From Bacteroidota bacterium (GTDB lineage: Bacteria > Bacteroidota > Bacteroidia > AKYH767-A > 2013-40CM-41-45), in contig JADKKE010000010.1 of NCBI GenBank assembly GCA_016720655.1, positions 69,042 to 133,041 on the forward strand: 64,000 nucleotides of DNA, given 5' to 3'. The notes below the pieces were generated by a model. That model searched no databases. It was given only the letters and a program-made list of their open reading frames with translations, and was not told where the DNA came from. The translations under genes and the position numbers were made by a program. Of this stretch, positions 19,523 through 30,425 are shown one piece after another; the stretch's first letter is position 1, and every line of letters begins with the position of its first letter.

Positions 19523-22500
19523 TTACTTCGAAACATAGCGTCTTAAATCAACATATGTATTTTTCTTGATTTCAGAATTTTTAATGGTGAGCACAACAAA
19601 GTAAGTTCCTTCAGGGAGTTCTTCACCATTGTTGTTTTGACCTTTCCAATCCGTGTTCACATAATTTTCTTTTGCATACACTTCATTGCCCCAACGATTG
19701 AAGACACGGAATGAATTGTTCGGATAACCTTCAATACCTTTTATTTCATATCCATCATTGTAAGTATCATCGTTCGGAGAAAATCCTGTTGGCAAATCAA
19801 TATCACACTGATTGTCATAGTCGACCGAAACAGTATCAGCAGATTGACAGGTTCCATTTGTTACCTGCCAGACAAATACTGTTTGTCCGGGTTGCAAAGC
19901 ACTCACATCTGTTGTGTCATTGTTCGGATTAACAATACTACCTTGTCCGGGAGCCTGTATAGTCCAGCTGCCTTGTCCATAAGTAAGACCGATTGCAAGC
20001 AATTGTCCGTGATCAATACACAGTTCCTGATAAGCACCGGCATCCGAAGAAACAGGTTGGTCGGCAGTGACAATTCTACTGTCAGCTCCGGTACACGCAC
20101 CATTTGAAATGATCCAGGTGAGAGTGTCTGTTCCGTAATCCAATAAATCAGCGGTTGCATTTGGAAGTGTAGGATCATTGAAAGCTGAATTTCCCGTTGA
20201 TGACCAAATTCCATTGAAGCCGGTGTATGCTGTTGCGTTCAATTGTATTTGAGCAAGACCACAAAATGCAGTATCTACACCGGCATCCGCAACAAATGTT
20301 GTATAATTAAAAACTGTAACATCATCAGAAGCAGTACACCCATTTGCATCTGTAACTGTCCAGGTAACCTGATTGAAACCCGGCGATAAATTACCTGCTG
20401 TTGTGTTTGGATCTGTGGTTCCCGCAAAAGTTATTCCTGTTGTGGAACTCCAAACACCGGATTGTCCGGTAAGCAGACTTGCTGCCAGTTGAATACTCGT
20501 TCCGGAACACATGGCGGTATCCGGACCGGCAATTGCAAGTACCGGAGATGGCTGATTTAAATTTACAGTTTGTTGAGTAGAACAATTGTTCTGATCAGTA
20601 ACAGTTACGACATATATTCCCGCATCAACATTGGAAATATCCTGAGATGTAGCCCCTCCCGGATTCCACGCATAATTGTATGAGCCCAATCCACCCGAAA
20701 CGCTGATATCAATCGAGCCATTGCTTCCGGCATAACATGTCGGTTGGATTGTGGATGTAACAGTGACAGCGATTTGTGGTGGTGAATCTATCTGGACATT
20801 CACAAACGTTGAACATGCTGCCGCATCAATTACGAACAGGTCATAGGAACCGGCAACGAGATTTGTAGCTATCGAAGAACTTCCACCATATGGAGTCCAG
20901 GAATATGTATACGGTGCGGTGCCACCGCTCACCAATTGTGCACTGGCAATTCCGGTACTGTCACCAAAGCAGGATGCATCCGATGACAAAACCGTAACAA
21001 CAATCGGTGCCGGTTCACGAACCTGAACCGTATCGAATGACAAACAACCGTTCGCATCCTGAACACCTGCTATGTAAATACCGGCAGTCAAACTCACAGC
21101 TGTATCCGTAAACTGCGGCGGCACAGTGTTCCATGTGTATGTAAAAGGTGCTGTTAAAGAAGAATCCGGAACAACGAGCGCTGTACCATCAGCATATCCA
21201 TTGCAGGAAACATCATCAATTACATATGCAAAGGGAACAGGAATATTATCTGAAACCGGTACATCAACAGAACTGATACATCCATTTGCATCAGTAACTT
21301 CAACATTATAAATTCCAGAAGGTATACCGGAAATACTCGAAGTAGTTGCACTCAGGGTATCCCAGGCATATTGATAATTGGGAGTTCCGCCACTTACAGT
21401 TACAGTGGCTGAACCATTTGCAACACCACAGGAAGAATTTGTTGAAGATCCGGTAAGGATCAATTGTGGTGCTGAATTTATACTTATCGTATCTGTTCCA
21501 ACACATCCTACAGTATCCGTGATGGTAACAACATATGATCCCGCGGCAAGATTAATTGCCGTAGGTCCGGTCTGAACCGGATTTGTATTCCATATATAAG
21601 TATAGCCCGGTGTTCCACCACTCACACTCACAGTTGCAAATCCGGTTGTGTCACCAAAACAATTTAATACTCCGGAGACCGAATCCACCGAAACCACCAA
21701 TGCTGTTGAAGAAGGTGAAACAGTTACAGAATCAGTCGTTACACAACCTCTGCTGTCTGTGATTGTAATGTGATAAACCCCTGCAGCAAGACCTGTTGCT
21801 GTATCTTCAGTAGTAATCGGATTGGTATCCCAGGAATACGAATATCCGGGAGTACCTCCGGAAGCAACGACAATCGCGACACCTGTATTGGTACCGCTGC
21901 AAGGAGATGAGCTTACACTGGTTGAAGCAGTCAACTGCGGTGGATCCGTAATCGTAACCGTTTGTGTCGCTACACAACCTGTTGTTGCTTCCGAAACAGT
22001 AACAGTATAAATTCCGGAAGTCAGATTTGAAATTGTAGCTGTACTAAAATTTCCCGGAGTCCATAGATAGGTATAAGTACCTGTTGAAGAACTGGGAACT
22101 GCTGTGGCTGTTCCATCCGTGAGTCCGTGACAGGAGATATCTGTACTGTTCAGAGCAGATATAGGTGAATTTACAAATACATTAAAAGAATAGGTTTGGA
22201 AACCGCTGTTCGGACATGCATCATCCAGAACCGTAACTGTAAATGTGTATGGATTTGTGCTGATACTTCCTGCAGGCGGTGTCCAGCAAAAATTTCCTGT
22301 TGGGTGTGGAAATCCGGAAGTGGTAAAAGTTGCTCCGGTAATTCCCTGGTTCCAGGTCATCGTCACGATTTGCCCGGCATCAATATCATCTGAATTAATA
22401 TCAAAACACAATTGTTGTCCGGGACAAACTGTTGTGTCACGAACAGAGGTACCATTGATTCCTGTCGCGGTGGGAAGATTGTTGGTACAATTGCGCACGT

Positions 22501-23392
22501 AAAATTCCATGTCCCGAACCACACTGCCAATCAAAACACCATTTCTGTATTCCTGCACCAGGACAGCGAGAACACCAATCTCAATTTGAGTTGGGGTCAT
22601 TACGATATCACCGGTTTGAGGGTCAATTGTTATTGCCGGAGATGAAGAAATTGGATTGATGCCGGTATATCCCGGTAAAAACGGAACTGACATAATTGAT
22701 CCCAATGAATCCTGCAAAGGATCAACGAGTGAATACACGAGCGAATCTCCATCCGGATCAGTAACGCCATGGTTATATGTAAAATTTTGTCCGACACACA
22801 GAAATGCAACCGGTACATTGCTAAACTGAGGGGAAGAATTGCATGTGAAATTCAGATTGTCGAGAGTTGTTTCAATATACATCCCAGGATTCGAGCCCAC
22901 CACACAGGGTGAGGGCAGATTCAATGTTGTGATATCACAATTTCTGCAACAATACGACCAGCTGATTACCCAATCCGCACATTGCATTGGCAAGGTGATG
23001 ATCCCTGAATATCTGTATTGCTGGATTCCGGGAATTGTTGACAGCGGATCTTCACAGGAAGTGATGACAGTCGGACAAGGGTAGGTAATTTCACCACCTG
23101 TTCCTGCTACCTGTAATAAGGTGTCTGTAAAAAACTGATTGCAACTTGCTGATCTGAAAACAATACCCACCCCGTTAGGCGGAAGTGAACCTTTACAATC
23201 TCTGTAAAAAGTTAATTCCACCCTGTAGGTATTCCCACCCAAACAGGCATAGGAAATGTCAGAACCGACAAGGTGTGTGGCAGATGCTTTCTGAGGTAGA
23301 ATTGCAGCTGTGGAGGCCAGCGATATTAACAAAATCAACCTGCGAAGTATTTGTTTCATGTTCGTATTTTTTAATTCAAAAATTGGTTGCAA
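19523..23392 (-). CDS. SprB-repeat gliding-motility-type adhesin with a type-B T9SS sorting domain, copy 2 (1289 aa, apparently intact)
   Basis: The signal peptide probably starts at MKQILRRLILLISLASTAAILP (around 23359). The N-terminal domain is conserved with copy 1, followed by SprB repeats (GGTPGYSYSW..., GGTAPYTYSWTP...) and the sorting domain ...EGTYFVVLTIKNSEIKKNTYVDLRRYVSK. Confidence 0.85.
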   Translation of the reverse strand: MQPIFELKNTNMKQILRRLILLISLASTAAILPQKASATHLVGSDISYACLGGNTYRVELTFYRDCKGSLPPNGVGIVFRSASCNQFFTDTLLQVAGTGGEITYPCPTVITSCEDPLSTIPGIQQYRYSGIITLPMQCADWVISWSYCCRNCDITTLNLPSPCVVGSNPGMYIETTLDNLNFTCNSSPQFSNVPVAFLCVGQNFTYNHGVTDPDGDSLVYSLVDPLQDSLGSIMSVPFLPGYTGINPISSSPAITIDPQTGDIVMTPTQIEIGVLAVLVQEYRNGVLIGSVVRDMEFYVRNCTNNLPTATGINGTSVRDTTVCPGQQLCFDINSDDIDAGQIVTMTWNQGITGATFTTSGFPHPTGNFCWTPPAGSISTNPYTFTVTVLDDACPNSGFQTYSFNVFVNSPISALNSTDISCHGLTDGTATAVPSSSTGTYTYLWTPGNFSTATISNLTSGIYTVTVSEATTGCVATQTVTITDPPQLTASTSVSSSPCSGTNTGVAIVVASGGTPGYSYSWDTNPITTEDTATGLAAGVYHITITDSRGCVTTDSVTVSPSSTALVVSVDSVSGVLNCFGDTTGFATVSVSGGTPGYTYIWNTNPVQTGPTAINLAAGSYVVTITDTVGCVGTDTISINSAPQLILTGSSTNSSCGVANGSATVTVSGGTPNYQYAWDTLSATTSSISGIPSGIYNVEVTDANGCISSVDVPVSDNIPVPFAYVIDDVSCNGYADGTALVVPDSSLTAPFTYTWNTVPPQFTDTAVSLTAGIYIAGVQDANGCLSFDTVQVREPAPIVVTVLSSDASCFGDSTGIASAQLVSGGTAPYTYSWTPYGGSSSIATNLVAGSYDLFVIDAAACSTFVNVQIDSPPQIAVTVTSTIQPTCYAGSNGSIDISVSGGLGSYNYAWNPGGATSQDISNVDAGIYVVTVTDQNNCSTQQTVNLNQPSPVLAIAGPDTAMCSGTSIQLAASLLTGQSGVWSSTTGITFAGTTDPNTTAGNLSPGFNQVTWTVTDANGCTASDDVTVFNYTTFVADAGVDTAFCGLAQIQLNATAYTGFNGIWSSTGNSAFNDPTLPNATADLLDYGTDTLTWIISNGACTGADSRIVTADQPVSSDAGAYQELCIDHGQLLAIGLTYGQGSWTIQAPGQGSIVNPNNDTTDVSALQPGQTVFVWQVTNGTCQSADTVSVDYDNQCDIDLPTGFSPNDDTYNDGYEIKGIEGYPNNSFRVFNRWGNEVYAKENYVNTDWKGQNNNGEELPEGTYFVVLTIKNSEIKKNTYVDLRRYVSK

Positions 23393-23544
23393 ATAAAAAA
23401 ATCAAACCGTCCGGAAACCCGTCGATTCGAATTGTAAGAAATTCTCATGTTTTACTTCAAATTAGAAATAAAAGTTCCATTATTTAAGTAAAATCTTGAT
23501 GATCAATTTTATGACTGAGATTTAACAAAAATTTAATTTGTAAT

Positions 23545-23580
23545 AAAAATCCCCGGCTCGATTAGAACCGGGGATTTTTA
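23545..23580 (-). terminator. Rho-independent terminator downstream of cphA
   Basis: aaaaatccccgg-ctcgattagaa-ccggggattttt, palindromic with A/T runs on both sides. Confidence 0.6.
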
Positions 23581-23656
23581 TCAAAAAAGTCCATTAATAA
23601 AACTGAACCTTAACAAGTTAGCCTTGAAACTTTTAACAATTGCTCTGATTTAACAT

Positions 23657-26311
23657 TCAGGCAGTGACAGGATTCGGAATATCTTCTTTGTGAATTTTGA
23701 AGTGATCCTCCTCTTCCTTGTATTTCATGATCTGGCCAAGTGCGTCAGGAACAACATCACTACAAATTGTGATGAATGAGCCTTTTTTCGCATTTCGCAA
23801 TGCATACTCAATCGCTTCCGACTCTTTCGGCATTACTGTTACCTTTTTCTTCGGGTCATCAACTTGTATACCCTTCATCATCAAATCAATGATCTCTTGT
23901 TCCGAACGTCCACGCAAGTTTTTGTCCTGACGAATAATGATTTCGTCAAACATTTGCGAAGCAAGAGTTCCCAAAGCCACAATATCTTCATCTCTTCTGT
24001 CTCCAACACCTGCAATAATTCCAACTTTCGGTTTGGATTCGATTCGGTCGAGGAATCTTGCCAGTGCCTGGAAGCCTGCAGGGTTGTGGGCATAATCTAC
24101 GATCACTTCAAAATTCTTGAAATGGAACATATTCATCCGTCCCGGAGTTTGTGAAGGTGATGGGATAAATGTTTCCAATGCCAAACGCATGTCGTCCACT
24201 TTGAAACCACTTACAAATCCGGCGAGCACTGCAGGCATGATATTTTGAATCATAAATATTGCCTTGCCTGAAAATGTCAGCGGTATGTTCACCACTTTGT
24301 GAACACGGATTTTCCAGGTGCCTTTACAAATAGTAACAAATCCATTTTCAACAATCGCAGCGATTCCACCTTTTTCACAATGTTTAATGATTCGCGGATT
24401 GTGTTCATCCAAACTGAACAGCGCGACATTACTACTCACTGTTTTTCGCATTTCATAAACGAGATCGTCATCAGCATTGAGAATAGCGTAGCCTCCGGGT
24501 AAAACACTTTCAGCGACAACACCCTTCACTCTCGCCATTTCCTCGATCGTATTGATGTCTTTTAAACCAAGATGATCCGCTGCTACATTGGTCACAATAC
24601 CAATATCGCAATTGTGAAAGCCGAGTCCTGCTTTGAGAATTCCGCCACGCGCACATTCCAAAACAGCAAAATCAACAGTCGGATCTTTCAAAACAAATTC
24701 AGCACTAATGGGACCGGTACAATCGCCGGCTTCCACCATTTGATTCTGGATATAGATTCCATCCGTCGTTGTAAAACCAACTTTATAACCCATGGTTTTG
24801 ACCATGTGCGCCATTAATCTCGTCGTTGTTGTTTTTCCATTTGTTCCGGTAACAGCAATAATCGGAATTCGTGCTGTTGCTCCCGGTGGGTACAGCATGT
24901 CGATTACCGGCTCCGCAACATTGCGTGGCAATCCGTCTGCCGGTGCAATGTGCATCCGGAAACCCGGACCAGCATTGACTTCCAGCACTGCTCCTCCGTT
25001 TTCATGCATCGGAATACTGATGTCTGGAGACATGATATCGATACCACAAATATCCAAGCCGATAATCCGCGCGATCCGCTCTGCCATAAACACATTGTAC
25101 GGATGAACGATTTCCGTAACATCTGTGGACGTTCCTCCGGTACTCAAATTCGCTGTGCGTTTGAGATGAAGTTCCTCACCTTTCTTGAGTACGGAATCAA
25201 GTGTGAGATTTTTCTCCTGAAGAATGGCCAAAGTAGTATCATCAATTTTTATTGAAGTGAGCACTTTTTCATGACCATATCCTCTGCGGGGATCTTTGTT
25301 CACCGCATCCACAAGTTCTTTGATCGAATGTTTTCCATCACCTGTCACCATGGCTGGTGTTCGTTTTGCTCCTGCGATAAATTTATAATCAACAACAAGC
25401 AAACGGTAATCGTATCCGGTGATAAATTTTTCTACGATTACTCCGCGCGATATTCTTTTCGCTGCTGCAAGTGCTATCACCGCATCCTCCCAATTCGTAA
25501 CATTAATCGTTGCTCCTCTCCCATGATTTCCACCCACCGGTTTCAATACTACAGGATACCCGATTCTGCGAAGAGCGGATTCCAAATCTTCTTCATCATA
25601 CACGACTTTTCCTCTGGGAACAGGTACAGATGCTGCTTCAAGTAAATTTTTTGTTTCTTCTTTATCACAAGCCACTTCGACAGCAATACTGCTTGTAGTG
25701 CTCGCAACAGTAGCCTGAATTCTACGCTGATTTTTTCCATAACCCAATTGAACCAAAGATTGTTTGTTCAGGCGAATCCATGGAATTTTACGTTTGATCG
25801 CTTCTTCCACAATGGATCCTGTAGACGGACCCAGTCTTTCTTCTTCGCGCAATTCACGCATGCGTTGAATATCTTCTTCGATTTCCAATGCATCGCCATG
25901 GACCATCTCTCCACAAATTCTTACTGCAGCACGTGCAGCAAAAATTCCAACCTTTTCTTCCATGTAACTAAACACAACATTGTATACTCCATGTTGTCCG
26001 GTGCTGCGCGTACGCCCAAAACCTGTGTCCATTCCTGCAAGAGTCTGCAGTTCCAGGGCAAGGTGTTCAATCACGTGACCCATCCATGTTCCTTCACGGA
26101 CACGCTTAAAAAATCCCCCGGGATGCCCTTCCGAGCATTCGTGTTCAAACAAGGTCGGAAAAGTCTTTTCGAGACGTTCGGCAAAGCCTTGAATTTTATT
26201 GGTAGGCATTTCTTCCAATTCTTCAATATCCAGCTTCATCACGATCAGTTTATGACGGCGAATTGACCAGTAATTCGGGCCTTTCATGGCGCGTATTTCA
26301 ACAATTTTCAT
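23657..26311 (-). CDS. cphA: Cyanophycin synthetase
   Basis: 884 aa. N-terminus MKIVEIRAMKGPNYWS, an ATP-grasp region, and a Mur-ligase-like C-terminal half (GTNGKTTTTRL). Confidence 0.9.
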   Translation of the reverse strand: MKIVEIRAMKGPNYWSIRRHKLIVMKLDIEELEEMPTNKIQGFAERLEKTFPTLFEHECSEGHPGGFFKRVREGTWMGHVIEHLALELQTLAGMDTGFGRTRSTGQHGVYNVVFSYMEEKVGIFAARAAVRICGEMVHGDALEIEEDIQRMRELREEERLGPSTGSIVEEAIKRKIPWIRLNKQSLVQLGYGKNQRRIQATVASTTSSIAVEVACDKEETKNLLEAASVPVPRGKVVYDEEDLESALRRIGYPVVLKPVGGNHGRGATINVTNWEDAVIALAAAKRISRGVIVEKFITGYDYRLLVVDYKFIAGAKRTPAMVTGDGKHSIKELVDAVNKDPRRGYGHEKVLTSIKIDDTTLAILQEKNLTLDSVLKKGEELHLKRTANLSTGGTSTDVTEIVHPYNVFMAERIARIIGLDICGIDIMSPDISIPMHENGGAVLEVNAGPGFRMHIAPADGLPRNVAEPVIDMLYPPGATARIPIIAVTGTNGKTTTTRLMAHMVKTMGYKVGFTTTDGIYIQNQMVEAGDCTGPISAEFVLKDPTVDFAVLECARGGILKAGLGFHNCDIGIVTNVAADHLGLKDINTIEEMARVKGVVAESVLPGGYAILNADDDLVYEMRKTVSSNVALFSLDEHNPRIIKHCEKGGIAAIVENGFVTICKGTWKIRVHKVVNIPLTFSGKAIFMIQNIMPAVLAGFVSGFKVDDMRLALETFIPSPSQTPGRMNMFHFKNFEVIVDYAHNPAGFQALARFLDRIESKPKVGIIAGVGDRRDEDIVALGTLASQMFDEIIIRQDKNLRGRSEQEIIDLMMKGIQVDDPKKKVTVMPKESEAIEYALRNAKKGSFITICSDVVPDALGQIMKYKEEEDHFKIHKEDIPNPVTA

Positions 26312-26502
26312 ACAGAGAGGGTATCAGATTACACAAGAATAGACGTTCAAAGTAGCGAGATTTTGCGAAAAGACAAAGAAATGATGAAATATTGTAAAAT
26401 TCTGAATCTTTCAGCTGTATAAACCGTTGAAAACACTTGTCAGAAAGGGCCTGCAATCGATCTGGAATTTTATCTTTGCGCCCGATTATTCTAAGTTTAA
26501 AT

Positions 26503-27372
26503 ATGGAGATCCCTAAAGGAAAACTCATTTCTATCGGAGGTAATGAGGACAAAGGCACTGAGCCGGAACCGAAATTCGCTCAGAAAAACAACCTCAATTT
26601 TTTCGAACTTCAGATTCTTGGAAGAATCATGCATGAAGCAGGCGGACACGATGCTTGCATCGAAGTCATCACCAGCGCCAGTTCTATTCCCGAGGAAGTC
26701 GGACAAAATTATCTCGACGCATTTGGAAAACTCGGCTGCAAGAAAATCAGGATCATGAATATCCGAAATCGTGAGGATGCTCAGAAGCCGGAAATGATCG
26801 AAAGACTTCGCAACTGCGACAGTGTCTTATTCAGCGGAGGAAATCAATTGCGATTGTCATCCATTTTTGGCGGCACTGAATTTCTTGAAATTCTTTCCTA
26901 CAGATATATTCATGAAGAAACTTTTGTCATCGCAGGTACAAGTGCCGGCGCGATGGCGATGTCGAACACGATGATTTATCAGGGTTCCAGTTCGGAGGCT
27001 TTGCTTAAAGGTGAAGTTAAAATTACAACAGGCCTTGCATTCATCAAAGATGTGATTATCGATTCGCATTTTGTTACACGCGGACGATTCGGTCGTTTGA
27101 CACAGGCTGTAACCGCGAATCCATCCTGTATCGGAATTGGATTGGGAGAAGATACCGGCGTGCTCATCACTGAAGGTCGTTACATGGAAGCGGTTGGATC
27201 AGGCCTGATCATCATTATCGATGGACACAATATTCGACATACCAACATTGCAGATCTGAAAGAAGGCTCCCCTATCTCCATCGAAAACTTAATCGTGCAT
27301 GTGATGGCAAAAGGAAATCACTTCGATTTGAAGAGCAGAAAATTCTACGCTGAAGCATTGGTGAATAAATAA
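26503..27372 (+). CDS. cphB: Cyanophycinase (peptidase S51)
   Basis: MEIPKGKLISIGGNEDKG..., catalytic Ser in GTSAGAMAMS, GGNQLRL. Divergent from cphA. The ORF-track start at 26437 is probably too far upstream. Confidence 0.8.
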   Translation: MEIPKGKLISIGGNEDKGTEPEPKFAQKNNLNFFELQILGRIMHEAGGHDACIEVITSASSIPEEVGQNYLDAFGKLGCKKIRIMNIRNREDAQKPEMIERLRNCDSVLFSGGNQLRLSSIFGGTEFLEILSYRYIHEETFVIAGTSAGAMAMSNTMIYQGSSSEALLKGEVKITTGLAFIKDVIIDSHFVTRGRFGRLTQAVTANPSCIGIGLGEDTGVLITEGRYMEAVGSGLIIIIDGHNIRHTNIADLKEGSPISIENLIVHVMAKGNHFDLKSRKFYAEALVNK

Positions 27373-27395
27373 ATTTTATTCCAATTGATATTTAC

Positions 27396-27421
27396 AAAGC
27401 GACTCCGGTCGCTTTTTTTAT
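27396..27421 (+). terminator. Rho-independent terminator of cphB
   Basis: agcgac-tccg-gtcgc followed by a T7 run. Confidence 0.6.
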
Positions 27422-27591
27422 TTCATTCAAGAAATGGCGCCAAATCCATATTTCTAAAATACAATTAATTTTATACCGAGGGGTTTCAAAATGGATTGTA
27501 CAGCATTTTTCTTTGCGTCCTTTGTGAAACCCTTGTGTTCCTTGTGAGCCACAATTGTTTCTTTGACCAGATTTCAGAAGTGTACTCTAAC

Positions 27592-27627
27592 AAAATTGCC
27601 CCTTGAATTATCAAGGGGCAATTTTTA
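27592..27627. terminator. Bidirectional terminator hairpin
   Basis: ttgcccctt-gaattatc-aaggggcaa flanked by A4 and T5 runs. It lies just downstream of the minus-strand gene 27654..29900. Confidence 0.55.
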
Positions 27628-27653
27628 CTTCCACAAAACTAAATCTGGAAATA

Positions 27654-29900
27654 TCAGTTCACAATAACTCTTTGGAAATATTTTTCTCCGGAAATATTAA
27701 GTTTCAAAATATACAAACCTTTGGCAAGACTGAGATCACTTAAGTTTATTCCAATCGTATTGGCACCATCAACAAATGTTTCTGATTTGTTGTATACTTC
27801 TTGTCCTGTCATGGAGTACAGCGACACTGCAAAAGCTCCGGTATTTTCTGCTTTAAATTCTATATTCAGGACATCACTGGCAGGATTAGGATAAACCTGT
27901 AATTGATATTTAACAGCAACCGGATCCAAAGATTGAGCATCTCCCAAACGGGAAGTTGCAGACCAACAATAATTAATGGAAGTACTTGTTGCTGCAGCTC
28001 CTGCATGTGTTGTCAATCCCATCGCTTCTTCGATTGTACGCAACACATTGTAGTGATTGATGGTTTGCGCATAGGTTCCAACAAGGATGTGCGCTCCGTA
28101 AAACACAGTGAAGATTTTATTCGTAGTTGTGAAATCATCTTCATCGTAGGTAACAATCAGCAAAGAATTATTCGCAGGATTTGCACAATACTGTTTGTAT
28201 CCATCAAGATTATTCTGAACCCACCTGTCGAATTGTGTTGTGCGATTACTGATTGGTGCACATACATCGTGTCCGTCATTGCATAAATCCGGAATCACAA
28301 AGCTCACACTTGGAAGGGAATTGTAATTCGTCGGGAAACTTGTGTACGGTTGGTTCAGGGTGGTTGCAACCTGGTTACTACCGGTACCCATCCAGTTTGC
28401 TACCGCATTGTGTTTGCGTACATACAAACCGGAGGAGCTTCCATCATATCCTACAGAAGGCATGCCTTCAGAATAATTAATGAATGATTTCCCAACATTC
28501 ACGAGCTCGCGGGCCAGGTTGGGAGTCGTAAAATGAGAGGATGGAGTATTGTCGTTGGTAACACCCTGATTCGAGCCTGAAAACAATTGCAAATAATTCG
28601 GCTGACTCGGATGTGTGATCGCATAGGAATTGGAAAACTTTGCACCGGCATTTGCAAGACTGTTTATATACGGAGCAGCCGAACTTCCATTGACGGAACT
28701 CGCATTTGTATTCTCGCCAATAACAACCACAATATGGTTAAACAATGGAACGGCTGTTCCCGCTGTTCCATTCGTAGTAAATGACGCGGAAGCAGAAAAC
28801 ACACTTGATCCCGAAGCACAGACTGTTTGTACCTGGAACTCATACGATGTGCTAGCAGTGAGCCCGGTGATGGCTTTTGAATTACTAGTTGCTGTTGTTG
28901 CTGTCCAGGCACTAACTCCGGATTGACGGTACTGAATTTTATAACTGCTTGCACCGGATACTGCATTCCAATTCAATGTAGCCGTGCTTGTACCCATGCT
29001 GCTTGTTGACAATCCTGCAGGAATATCGCATGAAGTACCGCCGGCAAGCGTTGTAAACCATCCACTCGGCGAATACGCACCTGCACCTGAAGCACACACT
29101 GCCTGAACGATAAACTCATAATTTGTTGATGCTTGCAATCCGCTGAGGACAACAGAAGTTGAACTTGTATTCACAGGAGCCGAGTAAGCAGCGCCTGTAT
29201 TTCTGATTCTGTATTCCACATTATAGCTGCTCGCTCCGCTAACACCTACCCAATAAGGTTGTGCTGAAGTAGCGGTTTTATTCATGGTTCCAAACTGATT
29301 TACATCCGGGATACCACAGGATCCGGTGCTTGATCCGTTACCGAGAAGCTGCAATTCAAAAGTAAGATCACTCGAACTTGTAGAGCGATTGTGAACTTCT
29401 GCCGCAATCACATTGTTCCCGTTCACAAAAACTGAACTCGCTAATGTTGCAGAGAAAACTGTACTGCCATCATCCGAACATGTACGTGATGCTTTTGTTG
29501 TGTAGCTCACTGTGCCGGATGGCATATTGTTTCGGTAGACTTCGATACCATTTACATAAACAATAATTCCATCGTCCCTGCGTATTTTCAATGTCAGATT
29601 CGAATATTGGGAAGGATTGGAAATGCTCAGTGTTTTACGGAAATAATATGTTGTCTTCCCGGAAGTCAATTTTGTTGCCGGGCTGTCACCAAATCCCAAT
29701 TCAGCTGCACCTTGAGGCCAGCTTGCATCATTGAATGAAGGCAAACGCCAGTTCGTTCCCTGATTGCTCCCGTTTGCCAGATATTTAAATACAGTGTTGG
29801 CAGGAATCAAAGTAATTGCTGATTGCGCAAATGCAATTTGTGTGCAGAATGTAAGCAGACTTACGAGAAGTAGAAACCAGAGTGTAATTATTTTTTTCAT
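27654..29900 (-). CDS. T9SS-secreted phosphoesterase (phospholipase C / acid phosphatase family) with two Fn3 domains and an N-terminal beta-sandwich domain
   Basis: Signal peptide present. Two Fn3-like units (SSYNVEYRIRNTGAAYS...STNYEFIVQAVCASG and its repeat). The phosphoesterase motif region reads FNHIVVVIGENT...HPSQPNYLQLFSGS. The type-A sorting domain ends ...GLYILKLNISGEKYFQRVIVN. Confidence 0.7.
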   Translation of the reverse strand: MKKIITLWFLLLVSLLTFCTQIAFAQSAITLIPANTVFKYLANGSNQGTNWRLPSFNDASWPQGAAELGFGDSPATKLTSGKTTYYFRKTLSISNPSQYSNLTLKIRRDDGIIVYVNGIEVYRNNMPSGTVSYTTKASRTCSDDGSTVFSATLASSVFVNGNNVIAAEVHNRSTSSSDLTFELQLLGNGSSTGSCGIPDVNQFGTMNKTATSAQPYWVGVSGASSYNVEYRIRNTGAAYSAPVNTSSTSVVLSGLQASTNYEFIVQAVCASGAGAYSPSGWFTTLAGGTSCDIPAGLSTSSMGTSTATLNWNAVSGASSYKIQYRQSGVSAWTATTATSNSKAITGLTASTSYEFQVQTVCASGSSVFSASASFTTNGTAGTAVPLFNHIVVVIGENTNASSVNGSSAAPYINSLANAGAKFSNSYAITHPSQPNYLQLFSGSNQGVTNDNTPSSHFTTPNLARELVNVGKSFINYSEGMPSVGYDGSSSGLYVRKHNAVANWMGTGSNQVATTLNQPYTSFPTNYNSLPSVSFVIPDLCNDGHDVCAPISNRTTQFDRWVQNNLDGYKQYCANPANNSLLIVTYDEDDFTTTNKIFTVFYGAHILVGTYAQTINHYNVLRTIEEAMGLTTHAGAAATSTSINYCWSATSRLGDAQSLDPVAVKYQLQVYPNPASDVLNIEFKAENTGAFAVSLYSMTGQEVYNKSETFVDGANTIGINLSDLSLAKGLYILKLNISGEKYFQRVIVN

Positions 29901-30425
29901 TGCTTTTTTGTTTAGACACGTTTATACATAAGACACCACCCTGACTTTGGATGAGGCAGACAAATTGACCAGATAATAATTTCGAAGAATTATGCCTTTA
30001 ACATTTAAGGCTTAACCATTTCTATGTGTAGGAATACATCCCCGCAGTGAGATGTGTTCGTGTTTGCAATGTTCCACACAGATTATGACTGCAAGTTACC
30101 CAACAATATTGGAGGTAAATTGGAGGATATTTTTTTTTCGATGAATGATCCCCTGCATTTGCATTATAAAGAAGGAATTTCAATCGAATTCAGGAGTATC
30201 CTTTTCACTGATAAAAATCATGTTTGTGTACATAAATAGTATACACTAAAATCAATGATGAAAAAAAAATAAATTGCTCAAACATATTCTCACTAAATCT
30301 GTAAGGATTAACAATTTTTCAGATAAATTTTATTCTGGAAATCAATTATTCATTGCCCAAAGCTTGTCAATCTTTGCACGAATAATCAGGAACGTTCAGA
30401 AATTCAGTCCACTAAAATCAAGCAC

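Noticed and set aside
25748-26266. 172-aa plus-strand ORF and several others inside cphA
   Set aside because: Antisense to a well-supported 884-aa gene, with no domain.
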